From assembly GCA_963737655.1 (NCBI GenBank), contig CAVTTN010000002.1:1088001-1152000 (forward strand): 64,000 nt of DNA. Direction: 5' to 3'. This document shows positions 11,027 to 20,546 of this stretch, piece by piece; position 1 is the first letter of the stretch, and each line of letters starts with the position of its first letter. The notes under the pieces are model-generated. The model was not told the DNA's origin. It ran no database searches and saw only the letters and a list, made by a program, of their open reading frames with translations. Position numbers and translations under genes: made by a program. Source of the stretch: an uncultured Planctomycetota bacterium. Its GTDB lineage: Bacteria > Planctomycetota > Planctomycetia > Isosphaerales > Isosphaeraceae.

Positions 11027-11099
11027 TCCCGTAGGGTGCATGAAATGCACCATCCTGGATTGCATCAAGGGGATGGTGCATTTCATGCACCCTACGGGA
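11027..11099. repeat. GTAG-type REP doublet (family A), perfect 29-bp arms
   Basis: tcccGTAGggtgcatgaaatgcaccatcc ... ggatggtgcatttcatgcaccCTACggga. Confidence 0.85.
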
Positions 11100-11135
11100 T
11101 TCCGTCGCCCTCTCCTCGGGCGAATACGTCCTGTC

Positions 11136-11942
11136 TCAGGCCCGCCTGGTCGCCTGATAGATGCCCCACTTCATGTCGCCGGCCTGGCAGAACCGGACCT
11201 TCATGGCCCAGCGATCGACCAGGTAATTCAGGTCGGCCTCGGAGAACGAGCCGAGGAAGTCCTCGCGATTGGCCTCGAGCCGGGCGGGCTCGGACTCGAG
11301 GATCTCGACGAACCGAGGGGTGGCGTCCTCGACGACCACGTCGACGAACCCGGCGTCTTCCAGGAGCTTGCCGTACTCGCTCGGCTCGACGAGGTGATAG
11401 CCGGTGCTCCGGGCATACGCCTCGAACTCGGCCGAGCCCGGCTTCTTGCCGCGGGCGTAGTCGGTGATCACCAGCTTGCCACCGTCGCTCAGGAGGCTGT
11501 GGAGCTTGGCGAACAGCCTCTTCTTGTCGTGGATGTGCATCAGGGCGTCGCGCGACCAGATCAGGTCGAACGGCTCGTCGAAGTCGGTCTCCAAAACGTC
11601 GGCCAGGAGGAACTCGACGCGATCGGAGACGCCCGACTCGGGCAGGGCGTCCAGGGCCAGGTCGGTCATCTCGGGGGAGAGGTCCACGCCGGTGACCGTC
11701 GCCCCGTACTCCCGGGCGAGATGGAACGCCGCGCCGCCGATCCCGCTGCCGACGTCCAGGACCCTCATCCCCGGCCGGAGCGCCCCGCCCAGGAGCGAGC
11801 AGAGGTACAGGGTCGTCTCGCGCCCTCCGGTGCTGATGTAGCCCTTCCCGAAGATCTTCTCGTACCGAAGGATGCTCGTCCGGCTGTACTGTCCGTTGTT
11901 GTCGTAAGAGCGGGACGCGGAGGATCGCGAGAGGGTGGTCAT
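11136..11942 (-). CDS. Phosphoethanolamine N-methyltransferase-like SAM methyltransferase (plant PEAMT C-domain / Plasmodium PMT type)
   Basis: QYSRTSILRYEKIFGKGYISTGGRETT, VLDVGSGIGG, FDLIWSRDALMHIHDK, LVITDY, W..K......MKWGIY match the remembered eukaryotic PMT signature along the whole length. Confidence 0.82.
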   Translation of the reverse strand: MTTLSRSSASRSYDNNGQYSRTSILRYEKIFGKGYISTGGRETTLYLCSLLGGALRPGMRVLDVGSGIGGAAFHLAREYGATVTGVDLSPEMTDLALDALPESGVSDRVEFLLADVLETDFDEPFDLIWSRDALMHIHDKKRLFAKLHSLLSDGGKLVITDYARGKKPGSAEFEAYARSTGYHLVEPSEYGKLLEDAGFVDVVVEDATPRFVEILESEPARLEANREDFLGSFSEADLNYLVDRWAMKVRFCQAGDMKWGIYQATRRA

Positions 11943-12103
11943 GTCGATGTCGAACCCTTGGAGATGAGCGTGATCGAGGAGGACGGGCGGGGCGGGGCAG
12001 CAAAGCAAAGAGGCGGACGGGCCGCTCGGCCCTGGCCGGGAAGCGCGGGCCGGGGGGATCCCGTGGAGATCCCGAGTGGGGCCCGTGAACGTCGGGGATG
12101 ATT

Positions 12104-13030
12104 CTAATCGGATCGACCCGCCCCGTCCAACCCCCAGGCGGTCTTTTCTGGACCCCCGAGCGAGGCCCGGGCCGCCCGGTGCCTCTCCAGGCTCGCCTCG
12201 GCGTACCCGCGATAGTCGAAATCCAGGTCCGAGGCCACCGTCTGGACGATCGACCAGAGCGCCTCCCTCAGCAGCGAAGACGCCTTGAAGATCCGCAATT
12301 CGACCAGGTCGGCCGGGTCGAAATGGCCCCGATAGGCCGTCAGGAGGAGCCGGTCGAGGTCCTCCCCGTATTCGCAGTTCGCCGAGATCCCCGCCAGGTC
12401 GAAGAACGGGTGGCCGATCCCTCCGTATTCCCAATCGACGATCCAGACGCGCCGGCCGTCGTCCAGGACGTTGGCCGGCAGCATGTCGTTGTGACACAAC
12501 GTCGGGACGAACGGACGGACCCGCCGGGAGAGCCGGCGGTCGTCTTCCAAAAGGGCGTCGATCCCCTCCGGCAGCCTCGCCCCGAGCCTCCGGGACGTCT
12601 CGGCATACGTCCGGTTGGCCTGAAACGGGGAGAAATAGAACATCTCGCCCCGGAGCCCGTCCCACCCGTCATGGAGTGCCCGGAGCAATCGGGCCAGCCG
12701 GGGAATGAACTCCGGGTCACGCCCGGATTCGGGCGTCAAGACGCGCGATTCGACGTAACGGGTCACCAGCCAACCCTTTTCGGCGAAAACGATCGGCGGC
12801 GCCACGCCCAGGGCCTCGGCCGCCCGCCCGCAGGCCAGCTCGTTGCGGCGGTCCACCCCGAGCCAGGGCAAATCGGCGCCGATCCGGGCCACAAAAGACC
12901 CGAACTCGTCATCCACCCGGTAGTTGCGGTTGGTGATCCCGCCCGGTAAGGGCCGGATCGTGACCGACCCTCGCCAGATCCCCAGCGACCCGATGCGATC
13001 GACCTCCGAGGCGTCCTCTCCGGCCATCAC
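12104..13030 (-). CDS. Choline/ethanolamine kinase family phosphotransferase
   Basis: PLPGGITNRNYRV, GVDRRNE, Brenner motif CHNDMLPANVL, IVDWEYGG, FFDLA. Confidence 0.85.
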   Translation of the reverse strand: MMAGEDASEVDRIGSLGIWRGSVTIRPLPGGITNRNYRVDDEFGSFVARIGADLPWLGVDRRNELACGRAAEALGVAPPIVFAEKGWLVTRYVESRVLTPESGRDPEFIPRLARLLRALHDGWDGLRGEMFYFSPFQANRTYAETSRRLGARLPEGIDALLEDDRRLSRRVRPFVPTLCHNDMLPANVLDDGRRVWIVDWEYGGIGHPFFDLAGISANCEYGEDLDRLLLTAYRGHFDPADLVELRIFKASSLLREALWSIVQTVASDLDFDYRGYAEASLERHRAARASLGGPEKTAWGLDGAGRSD

Positions 13031-13319
13031 GCCCTCCCGAAAGGGCCGATTCTCGCCTCAAGGACCGTCACCGGCAAGCCTTCGTCCGTAATCTTCGAAG
13101 GGGGATCGCACGCCCCGATCGGCTCGGACCCGCCTCCCCGGCCCGAAACCCCTGGCATAAAATGACCTTGCGCCCCAAACAATGCTGGAATCGCCGGAAA
13201 TATTGCGTGCAAGCATTGATGCACGCTTGACATCACGCAGTCACTCCCCCTATGCTTGGAATGACATCGGACAGGCCCGCGAGGGCCGATCGATTCGAAC
13301 CGGATCTCTGCTCACAGTC

Positions 13320-14390
13320 ATGGCCACGGCGATCCCCACCTTCGAGCCTCACCCCTGGTTGCGAGGCGGCCATCGGCAGACGATCGTGGGCCGTTACCTG
13401 CTGGGAGGAGAGGCCGCGCCGGCCTCGGAGGATCGGGTCCTGGAGCTTCCCGACGGCGACCGCCTGAGGGTGGCCGACTCGATCCCCTCGGGGTGGCTGG
13501 CGGGCGACCCGGCGGCGGTCGTGATCCACGGCCTGGCCGGGGACGCGACCTCGCCGTATGTGGTCCGTCTGGCGGCGAAGTTAACCAGGCGGGGGGTCCG
13601 GGTCGCCCGGATGAACCTGCGAGGGGCGGGGGCGGGCTTCGGCCTGGCTCGCAAGACGTATCATGGCGGCCTGACCGGGGACGTCCGGGCGGTGGTCGAG
13701 CGGCTCTCGGCCGACAGCCCGGGGTCGCCGATCGGCCTGGTGGGGTTCTCCCTGGGAGGGAATCTCGCGCTGAAGCTCGCGGCCGAGGCGGCGACCGAGC
13801 CGGTCTCGGGGCTGGATTGCGTGGTCTCGGCCAACGCGCCGCTGGACCTGGCGGCATGCTGCCGGAACATCCGCCGGCCGTCTCGACGGATTTACGACCG
13901 GAATTTCGTGGGGTCGCTCCGTACAGAGATCCGGCGCCTCCACGAGAGGTTCCCCGAGCTCGGCCCGGTGGACCTCGGGGCGATCCGCTCGGTCTTCGAC
14001 TTCGATGAGCTGTACACGGCTCCCCGGCACGGGTTTGCCTCGGCCGAGGAGTATTATGCCCGGTCCAGCGCCGGGCCGGTCTTGCCTCAAATCCGGGTGC
14101 CCGGGCTGGTTGTGCATTCTCGGGACGACCCGTTCATCCCGTCGGACACGTACGACGGACTCCTTTTTTCGGACGCGTTGGCACTGGAATTGATCCCTAC
14201 GGGAGGACATCTCGGCTACATCAGCCGTGCCCGTTGGGAGGGGGATCGCCGCTGGCTGGAGACGAGGCTGGCCGTTTGGCTGGCCGACCGATGGGCGGCG
14301 AGACTTCACGACCGGCCCGATCGCCCCGAGCGGTCGGCCCTTGGACCCCGACACGGAGGGCCGAACGCCCATGCCCAGCAATCGATATAA
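13320..14390 (+). CDS. YheT-like alpha/beta hydrolase
   Basis: GGHRQTI, HGLAG, GFSLGG nucleophile elbow, DDPF, GGHLGY. Confidence 0.88.
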   Translation: MATAIPTFEPHPWLRGGHRQTIVGRYLLGGEAAPASEDRVLELPDGDRLRVADSIPSGWLAGDPAAVVIHGLAGDATSPYVVRLAAKLTRRGVRVARMNLRGAGAGFGLARKTYHGGLTGDVRAVVERLSADSPGSPIGLVGFSLGGNLALKLAAEAATEPVSGLDCVVSANAPLDLAACCRNIRRPSRRIYDRNFVGSLRTEIRRLHERFPELGPVDLGAIRSVFDFDELYTAPRHGFASAEEYYARSSAGPVLPQIRVPGLVVHSRDDPFIPSDTYDGLLFSDALALELIPTGGHLGYISRARWEGDRRWLETRLAVWLADRWAARLHDRPDRPERSALGPRHGGPNAHAQQSI

Positions 14391-14718
14391 CAAGTACCGA
14401 GCGGCCGTGGAAGTCCTCCAGAAGGGGCGGGACGCGGTCGTCGATGCCATCGCCGACGACGTCCTGGATCAGGGGGACGACCTGATCGACGGCGGCTACA
14501 TGTTCCACGAGTTCCTGGAGACCCAGGGGACCCGGCTCCACTTCCTCACCCTGCTGATCTCGCAGCTCGAGCAGTCGGCCGAGACCGTGGAGGAGGTCGA
14601 GGCCCCCAGCTTGCTGCCGCCCCTGCCGCCCGAGCCCGCCAAGAAGCCGAGGAAGCCCCGGGCCAGCAAGCCCAAGAAGCTCCAGACCTCCGCCGAAGGC
14701 AAGACCGAAGACGCCTGA
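14371..14718 (+). CDS. Hypothetical protein
   Basis: 115-aa ORF with genome-like codon usage after a GGAGG RBS; helical core and basic tail. Confidence 0.6.
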   Translation: MPSNRYNKYRAAVEVLQKGRDAVVDAIADDVLDQGDDLIDGGYMFHEFLETQGTRLHFLTLLISQLEQSAETVEEVEAPSLLPPLPPEPAKKPRKPRASKPKKLQTSAEGKTEDA

Positions 14719-14875
14719 TCCGCGATCGCGATCGCGAGATCAACCTGGACCAACCGGGCCGAAGCGCTTCGGCCCGCTTTCCGATAGGCGATGGCCGGCG
14801 ACGGGTCGAGGGCGAGAGCCCCGGCCGGTCCCCGGCCATCGGCCATTCCCGGGCCGATCCCCGCGTCCCGACCCC

Positions 14876-14898
14876 GAAGGGTGCATGAAAGGCACCCT
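14876..14898 (+). repeat. Degenerate REP family A singlet
   Basis: gaagggtgcatgaaaggcaccct between convergent genes. Confidence 0.6.
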
Positions 14899-14937
14899 CT
14901 TCGATCCGCGATCGCCCGGAATCCATCCTCCCGAGGG

Positions 14938-15838
14938 TCACCCCCTCGCCTGCCGGCTCAGGAGGTAGCTCATCAGCGCCTTGTCGAACGGCATCCCGGT
15001 GTGGATCGGGACGTAGTCGATCCTCGCGCCGAGGCATTCCTTGCGATAGTCCTCGCGGAACTTGGCCACCTCGTCGAGGTAGTCGGCCTTGATCCCCTCG
15101 GCATCGACCATCAGCTTCTCATGGGTCTCGTTGTCCTCCAGCTCCAGCATCCCCTCGAACGGGAAGAGGGCCTCGGCCTCGTCCAGGATGTGGAAGACGA
15201 TGATGTCGTGGCCCGAGTGGCGGAGGCGATGGAACGCCTTGAGGATCGGCTCGGTGTCCCCCAGCAAGTCGCTGAAGAGCATGACGAGGCTCCGGTGCCG
15301 GATCATCCCGGCGACCTGATGGAGGCTCTTCGCCACGTTCGTCTCGCCCGACGGCGAGAGCTTCGCCAGCAGCGACAGGATGTTCCCGAGCTGGGACCTC
15401 TTGCTCCGGGGCGGCAGGCTCTGCCGGACCTGCTGATCGAAGGCGACCAGGCCCACCGGGTCCTGCTGATGGATCATCAAATAGCCCAGGGCCGCCGCCA
15501 GGCTCACCCCGTACTCGAACTTCGTGAGCCTCCTGGCGATAGGTGTAGCCCATGCTCCCGGAGAGGTCCATCACGAGGTAGCCCGTGAGGTTCGTCTCGG
15601 CCTGGAATTTCTTGATGTAGAACCGATCGGTCTTGGCGAACACGTTCCAGTCGATGTCGGCGATGTTGTCCCCGGGCGTGTACTTGCGGTGCTCGGAGAA
15701 CTCGACGGAGAACCCGTGGAACGGGCTGGCATGCAGCCCCGAGATGAACCCCTCGACGATGAATTTCGCCCGGAGGTCCAGCCGCGACACCTGGCGGATG
15801 ACCTCGGGCTTCAGGTACTTCTCGGCGGGTCCGGCCAA
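14938..15838 (-). CDS. DUF58 (MoxR-associated, vWA-like) protein, frameshift near 15527
   Basis: GLHASPFHGFSVEFSEHRKYTPGD, IDWNVFAKTD, DLSGSM, then FSDL in another frame; TTG start. Confidence 0.88.
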
Positions 15839-15861
15839 GGGGCATTCCTTCCGGGGAAGGG

Positions 15862-16438
15862 CTAGAAGACCTCGGCCAGGGGGATGGCCAGGCCGGGCAA
15901 AAGGGGCGACTCATACACCTCGTCGACCGTCAGGACGCGCTCATCATACCCCTCGGGGCGATGCGTGAGCACGGTCACGATCTTGCGGAACCGATCGACG
16001 ATCACGTATTCGCGAATTCCCAACGCATGATACTCGGCGCAGCTTCTCGATGTAATCCCGGTCGCGCGACTCTCGCCCCGGGCTGACGATCTCGAACATG
16101 AGTTCGGGCGGGTTCTTCGGGACGTCGAACTCCGAGGCGCAAAGATAGACGCCGAGATCGCCCACGCGGTCGCCATCCTCGGGCCGGACCCACGCCTGCC
16201 CGACGACCTCCTCGATGATCCCGGGATGGGCGAACTTGAAGAGGATCAGCCGATCGCGCCACGGGTTCGAAGCCCGGATATGTCCGCCACCTTCCGGCGC
16301 CATGGCCAGGAGCCTCCCCTTCACTCGCTCATAGGTCCACGGCTCGGCGAAGTCGGCGTCGGCGAACTCTTCGGAGGAGACGAGCCGGCCGTGGTCCTCG
16401 GGGCCGAGCTTCAGGAGGCGTGGTGCGTCGGTCGCCAT
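15862..16438 (-). CDS. Uma2/DUF820 endonuclease, tandem copy 3 (frameshift near 16042)
   Basis: PELMFEIVSPG..RDYIEK [shift] AEYHALGIREYVIVD...SPLLPGLAI. Confidence 0.85.
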
Positions 16439-16453
16439 CGTTCGGGCTCCTCG

Positions 16454-17041
16454 TCAGGCGAACGCCCCGGCCCAGTCGATCGCCAGGCCCGGCAGGAGCG
16501 GCGAGGTGTAGGCTTCGCCCTCGGGGAGCTCCCGCTCGTCATACCCTTCGGGGCGGTGGGTGAGCACCGTGACCTTCCGCTGATGGGGATCGACGATCAC
16601 ATACTCGCGAATTCCCAACGCATGGTACTCGGCGCGCTTCTCGATGTAATCCCGGTCGCGCGACTCCCGCCCCGGGCTGACGATCTCGAACATGAGGTCG
16701 GGGACCCGGTCGGGGATTTTTGGGACGGGGCGGGTCGTGCTCAGGTAGACGCCGATGTCGCCGATCCGGTCCGTTCCTCCCTGGATCCTCACCCAGGACG
16801 AGGGCACGACCCAATCGATCGAGTCCGGATGGGCGTGCCAGTAGACAGCCAGATTGAGCCACCAGGGGCTGGTTCCGGCGATGTGAAGCTCCCCATCCGG
16901 CGGCATGACGACCAGCCTCCCTCGGACGCGTTCATACTTCCACGGCTCGGCGAAGTCGGCCTCGGCGAACTCTTCGGAGGAGACGAGCCGGCCGTGGTCC
17001 TCGGGGCCGAGCTTCAGGAGGCGTGGTGCGTCGGTCGCCAT
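16454..17041 (-). CDS. Uma2/DUF820 endonuclease, tandem copy 2
   Basis: YERVRGRLVVMPP, PDLMFEIVSPG, KRAEYHALGIREYVIVDP, SPLLPG. Confidence 0.9.
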   Translation of the reverse strand: MATDAPRLLKLGPEDHGRLVSSEEFAEADFAEPWKYERVRGRLVVMPPDGELHIAGTSPWWLNLAVYWHAHPDSIDWVVPSSWVRIQGGTDRIGDIGVYLSTTRPVPKIPDRVPDLMFEIVSPGRESRDRDYIEKRAEYHALGIREYVIVDPHQRKVTVLTHRPEGYDERELPEGEAYTSPLLPGLAIDWAGAFA

Positions 17042-17056
17042 CGTTCGGGCTCCTCG

Positions 17057-17644
17057 TCAGGCGAACGCCCCGGCCAGGTCGATCGCCAGCCCCGGCAGGA
17101 GCGGCGAGGCGTAGGTCTCGCCCTCGTGGAGCTCCCGCTCGTCATACCCTTCGGGGCGGTGGGTGAGCACCGTGACCTTCCTCTGGTGGGGATCGACGAT
17201 CACGTACTCGCGGATGCCCAACGCATGGTACTCGGCGCGCTTCTCGATGTAATCCCGGTCGCGCGACTCCCGCCCCGGGCTGACGATCTCGAACATGAGG
17301 TCGGGAATGCGGTCGGGGATTTTTGGGACGGGGCGGGTCGTGCTCAGGTAGACGCCGATGTCGCCAATCCGGTCGGTCCCGTCCGAAACCCGGACCCATG
17401 ACGCCGGGACCAACCAATCGATCCGATCGGGCCTCTGCTCCCAGTAGGCGAAGAGTTTGCGCCACCAGGGGCTGGTCCCCGAGATGTGAAGCTCCCCATC
17501 CGGCGGCATGACGACCAGCCTCCCTCGGACGCGTTCATACTTCCACGGCTCGGCGAAGTCGGCGTCGGCGAAATCGTCGGAGGAGACGAGCCGGCCGTGG
17601 TCCTCGGGGCCGAGCTTCAGGAGGCGTGGTGCGTCGGTCGCCAT
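17057..17644 (-). CDS. Uma2/DUF820 endonuclease, tandem copy 1
   Basis: Same motifs; 603-bp offset from copy 2. Confidence 0.9.
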   Translation of the reverse strand: MATDAPRLLKLGPEDHGRLVSSDDFADADFAEPWKYERVRGRLVVMPPDGELHISGTSPWWRKLFAYWEQRPDRIDWLVPASWVRVSDGTDRIGDIGVYLSTTRPVPKIPDRIPDLMFEIVSPGRESRDRDYIEKRAEYHALGIREYVIVDPHQRKVTVLTHRPEGYDERELHEGETYASPLLPGLAIDLAGAFA

Positions 17645-17675
17645 CGTTCGGGCTCCTGTCGGGGCCGATCGTCCG

Positions 17676-18698
<1,023 letters not shown>

Positions 18699-19337
18699 AA
18701 ATCGGGCGTCCCTCTCCTCTCCTCGGGCGCGAGGTCCCGGGAGTCGTCGTCCCCGATCGGCGTCCGCCTCGAACGGGGCACAGGGCTCGTTCTGTCGCCG
18801 GCCTGGCCACGAGGCCGCGCCGGGTTCGGCCGCTAGGAACGCCATTGTAGAGGGCCCGGAAGTCGCGATTCAAGGCGGACGAATCCCGGGGACCTCGACC
18901 GCGTGCCCGCCTCGGGGCAGGCCATGCCGCGCCTCTCGGCAGGCCAACCACCCAGCCATGCAGGGTTGGCATTGTGCCCTCAGGCATTCTCGGTTAGGAT
19001 CAGGCGTGTCATACGGCCTTTGAGGACAGGGCTTTGGGGGCCGCCCCCACATCCCGGGCCCCGGCCGGTAGCCCCGATCGGGCCGGGGCCGCCCTCGGTC
19101 CGGCATGACTCTTGCCTTGATGCTCCCGATCGGACCGAGTCCCGGGCGCCGCCGCCCCCCCCGCCGTCCCCGCCCGCATTTCGGGGTGCTGCACCCCGCC
19201 CCGCCCAATGCCGCACCCGACCCCCTGCATCGAGTCCCGGAGCCCGGCCCCCTGAGGATCTCGCGGTTTCGTCGCGAATCTTAAAGATTTCAGTGACAGG
19301 GGCGGCCCGCCCTGCCTTCCTGGAGAGAGGACCACGC

Positions 19338-20441
19338 ATGACCACCTCGCTGACCTCGTGGCTTCGCAAGTTGGGGCTGCTCACGGTCATCGGCGTCCTG
19401 GCGGCGGCGGCCCTGGGGAAATACTGCGGAGTCGAGCCGGCCTCGCGATCGCCCCAGCCCGTGAAGTTCATCCACTTCTCGGTGGCCGACGTCCACGACT
19501 TCGAGCCCGAGCTGACGCTGGTGGACGTCGAAACCGGGACCATGGCGCGGATCGCCCTGCCCGACGGCGACGTGCTGGACTCGGCCAGCCTCTCCCCCTG
19601 GCAAGAGCAGGGGGGCCAGGGGCAGATGGTCGGGCGGTGGACGAGCTGGTCGGGACGGGCCGAAGGGGGCCACAGCCGGGCGTTCGGCCTCGCCCGGTAC
19701 ACCCAGGACGGCAAGCCCCTGAACCGGGTCGTCAGCGAGGTCGCGCCCGAGGGGCCGCCCTGCTGGTATCCCGGCACCCGGGCCCGAATCCTGTTCGCCG
19801 GGGGGGACCGCGTCCTCCACCACTTCGCCTTCGAAGACGCCTCGGGGCCCGAGGCCGGCCCCGACGGCTGCGAGCTGAAGCCCCAGCCGATCGCCTGGAA
19901 AATCCCCCCGCCGGGGGAGGGCGAGGGGCACGTCCAGATCTCCGACCCGGTCTGGCCGGAGGAGCGGATCTTCGGCGGCCGCCTGGTCGTCTCGCTGAGC
20001 GTCCAGGTCCGAGAAGACGACCGGCCCCGGTTCCTCCCCCCTCGGCTCTGGTGGATCCAACTGGACCGGGACGGCTCGGCCATCGAGGCCGCCGGCCCCC
20101 TGACCGAGCGCGCCCCCCGGGACGACCAGGCCAAGGAGCGCTGCCCCCGGCTGATCCGCACGGCCTCGGGCGACCTCCGGCTCGCCTTCCTGACCCGCCG
20201 ACCCGGCCAGGTCGGCTGGTCGCTCGCCGTGGCCGACGTCGAGTTCGACGAGTCCGGCACGCCTCACGCCGACGCCTCGGCCGCCACGATCCTCGCCGAT
20301 CACTGCGCCATCTCGACCCTCGCCTTCTCGCCCGACGCCCGATGGGTCTACTATCTCCCCAAGGGCCCGCCCACCGGAGGGACCCGTCGAGTCGCCGTCC
20401 CCCCGGCCCTCCGGCCCGACCGCCGGGTGGCCATGCGGTGA
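19338..20441 (+). CDS. Hypothetical exported beta-propeller-like (TolB/PD40-like) protein
   Basis: N-terminal hydrophobic segment; SLSPW, PCWYP, DPVW and AFSPDARWVYY motifs. Confidence 0.6.
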   Translation: MTTSLTSWLRKLGLLTVIGVLAAAALGKYCGVEPASRSPQPVKFIHFSVADVHDFEPELTLVDVETGTMARIALPDGDVLDSASLSPWQEQGGQGQMVGRWTSWSGRAEGGHSRAFGLARYTQDGKPLNRVVSEVAPEGPPCWYPGTRARILFAGGDRVLHHFAFEDASGPEAGPDGCELKPQPIAWKIPPPGEGEGHVQISDPVWPEERIFGGRLVVSLSVQVREDDRPRFLPPRLWWIQLDRDGSAIEAAGPLTERAPRDDQAKERCPRLIRTASGDLRLAFLTRRPGQVGWSLAVADVEFDESGTPHADASAATILADHCAISTLAFSPDARWVYYLPKGPPTGGTRRVAVPPALRPDRRVAMR

Positions 20442-20546
20442 GAGGAAGGGAGCGGCCGACTTGCCCAAACGCCGGTCCGGGCCCATACTGGTCTATGACA
20501 AAGGTCAGACCCGGCCCCGGTTCGTCCTGGGACAAGGAGGCGGCTC

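Noticed and set aside
15862..17644. Uma2 variable block as a diversity-generating retroelement target
   Set aside because: Differences are not adenine-specific, include many synonymous changes, and no reverse transcriptase is present
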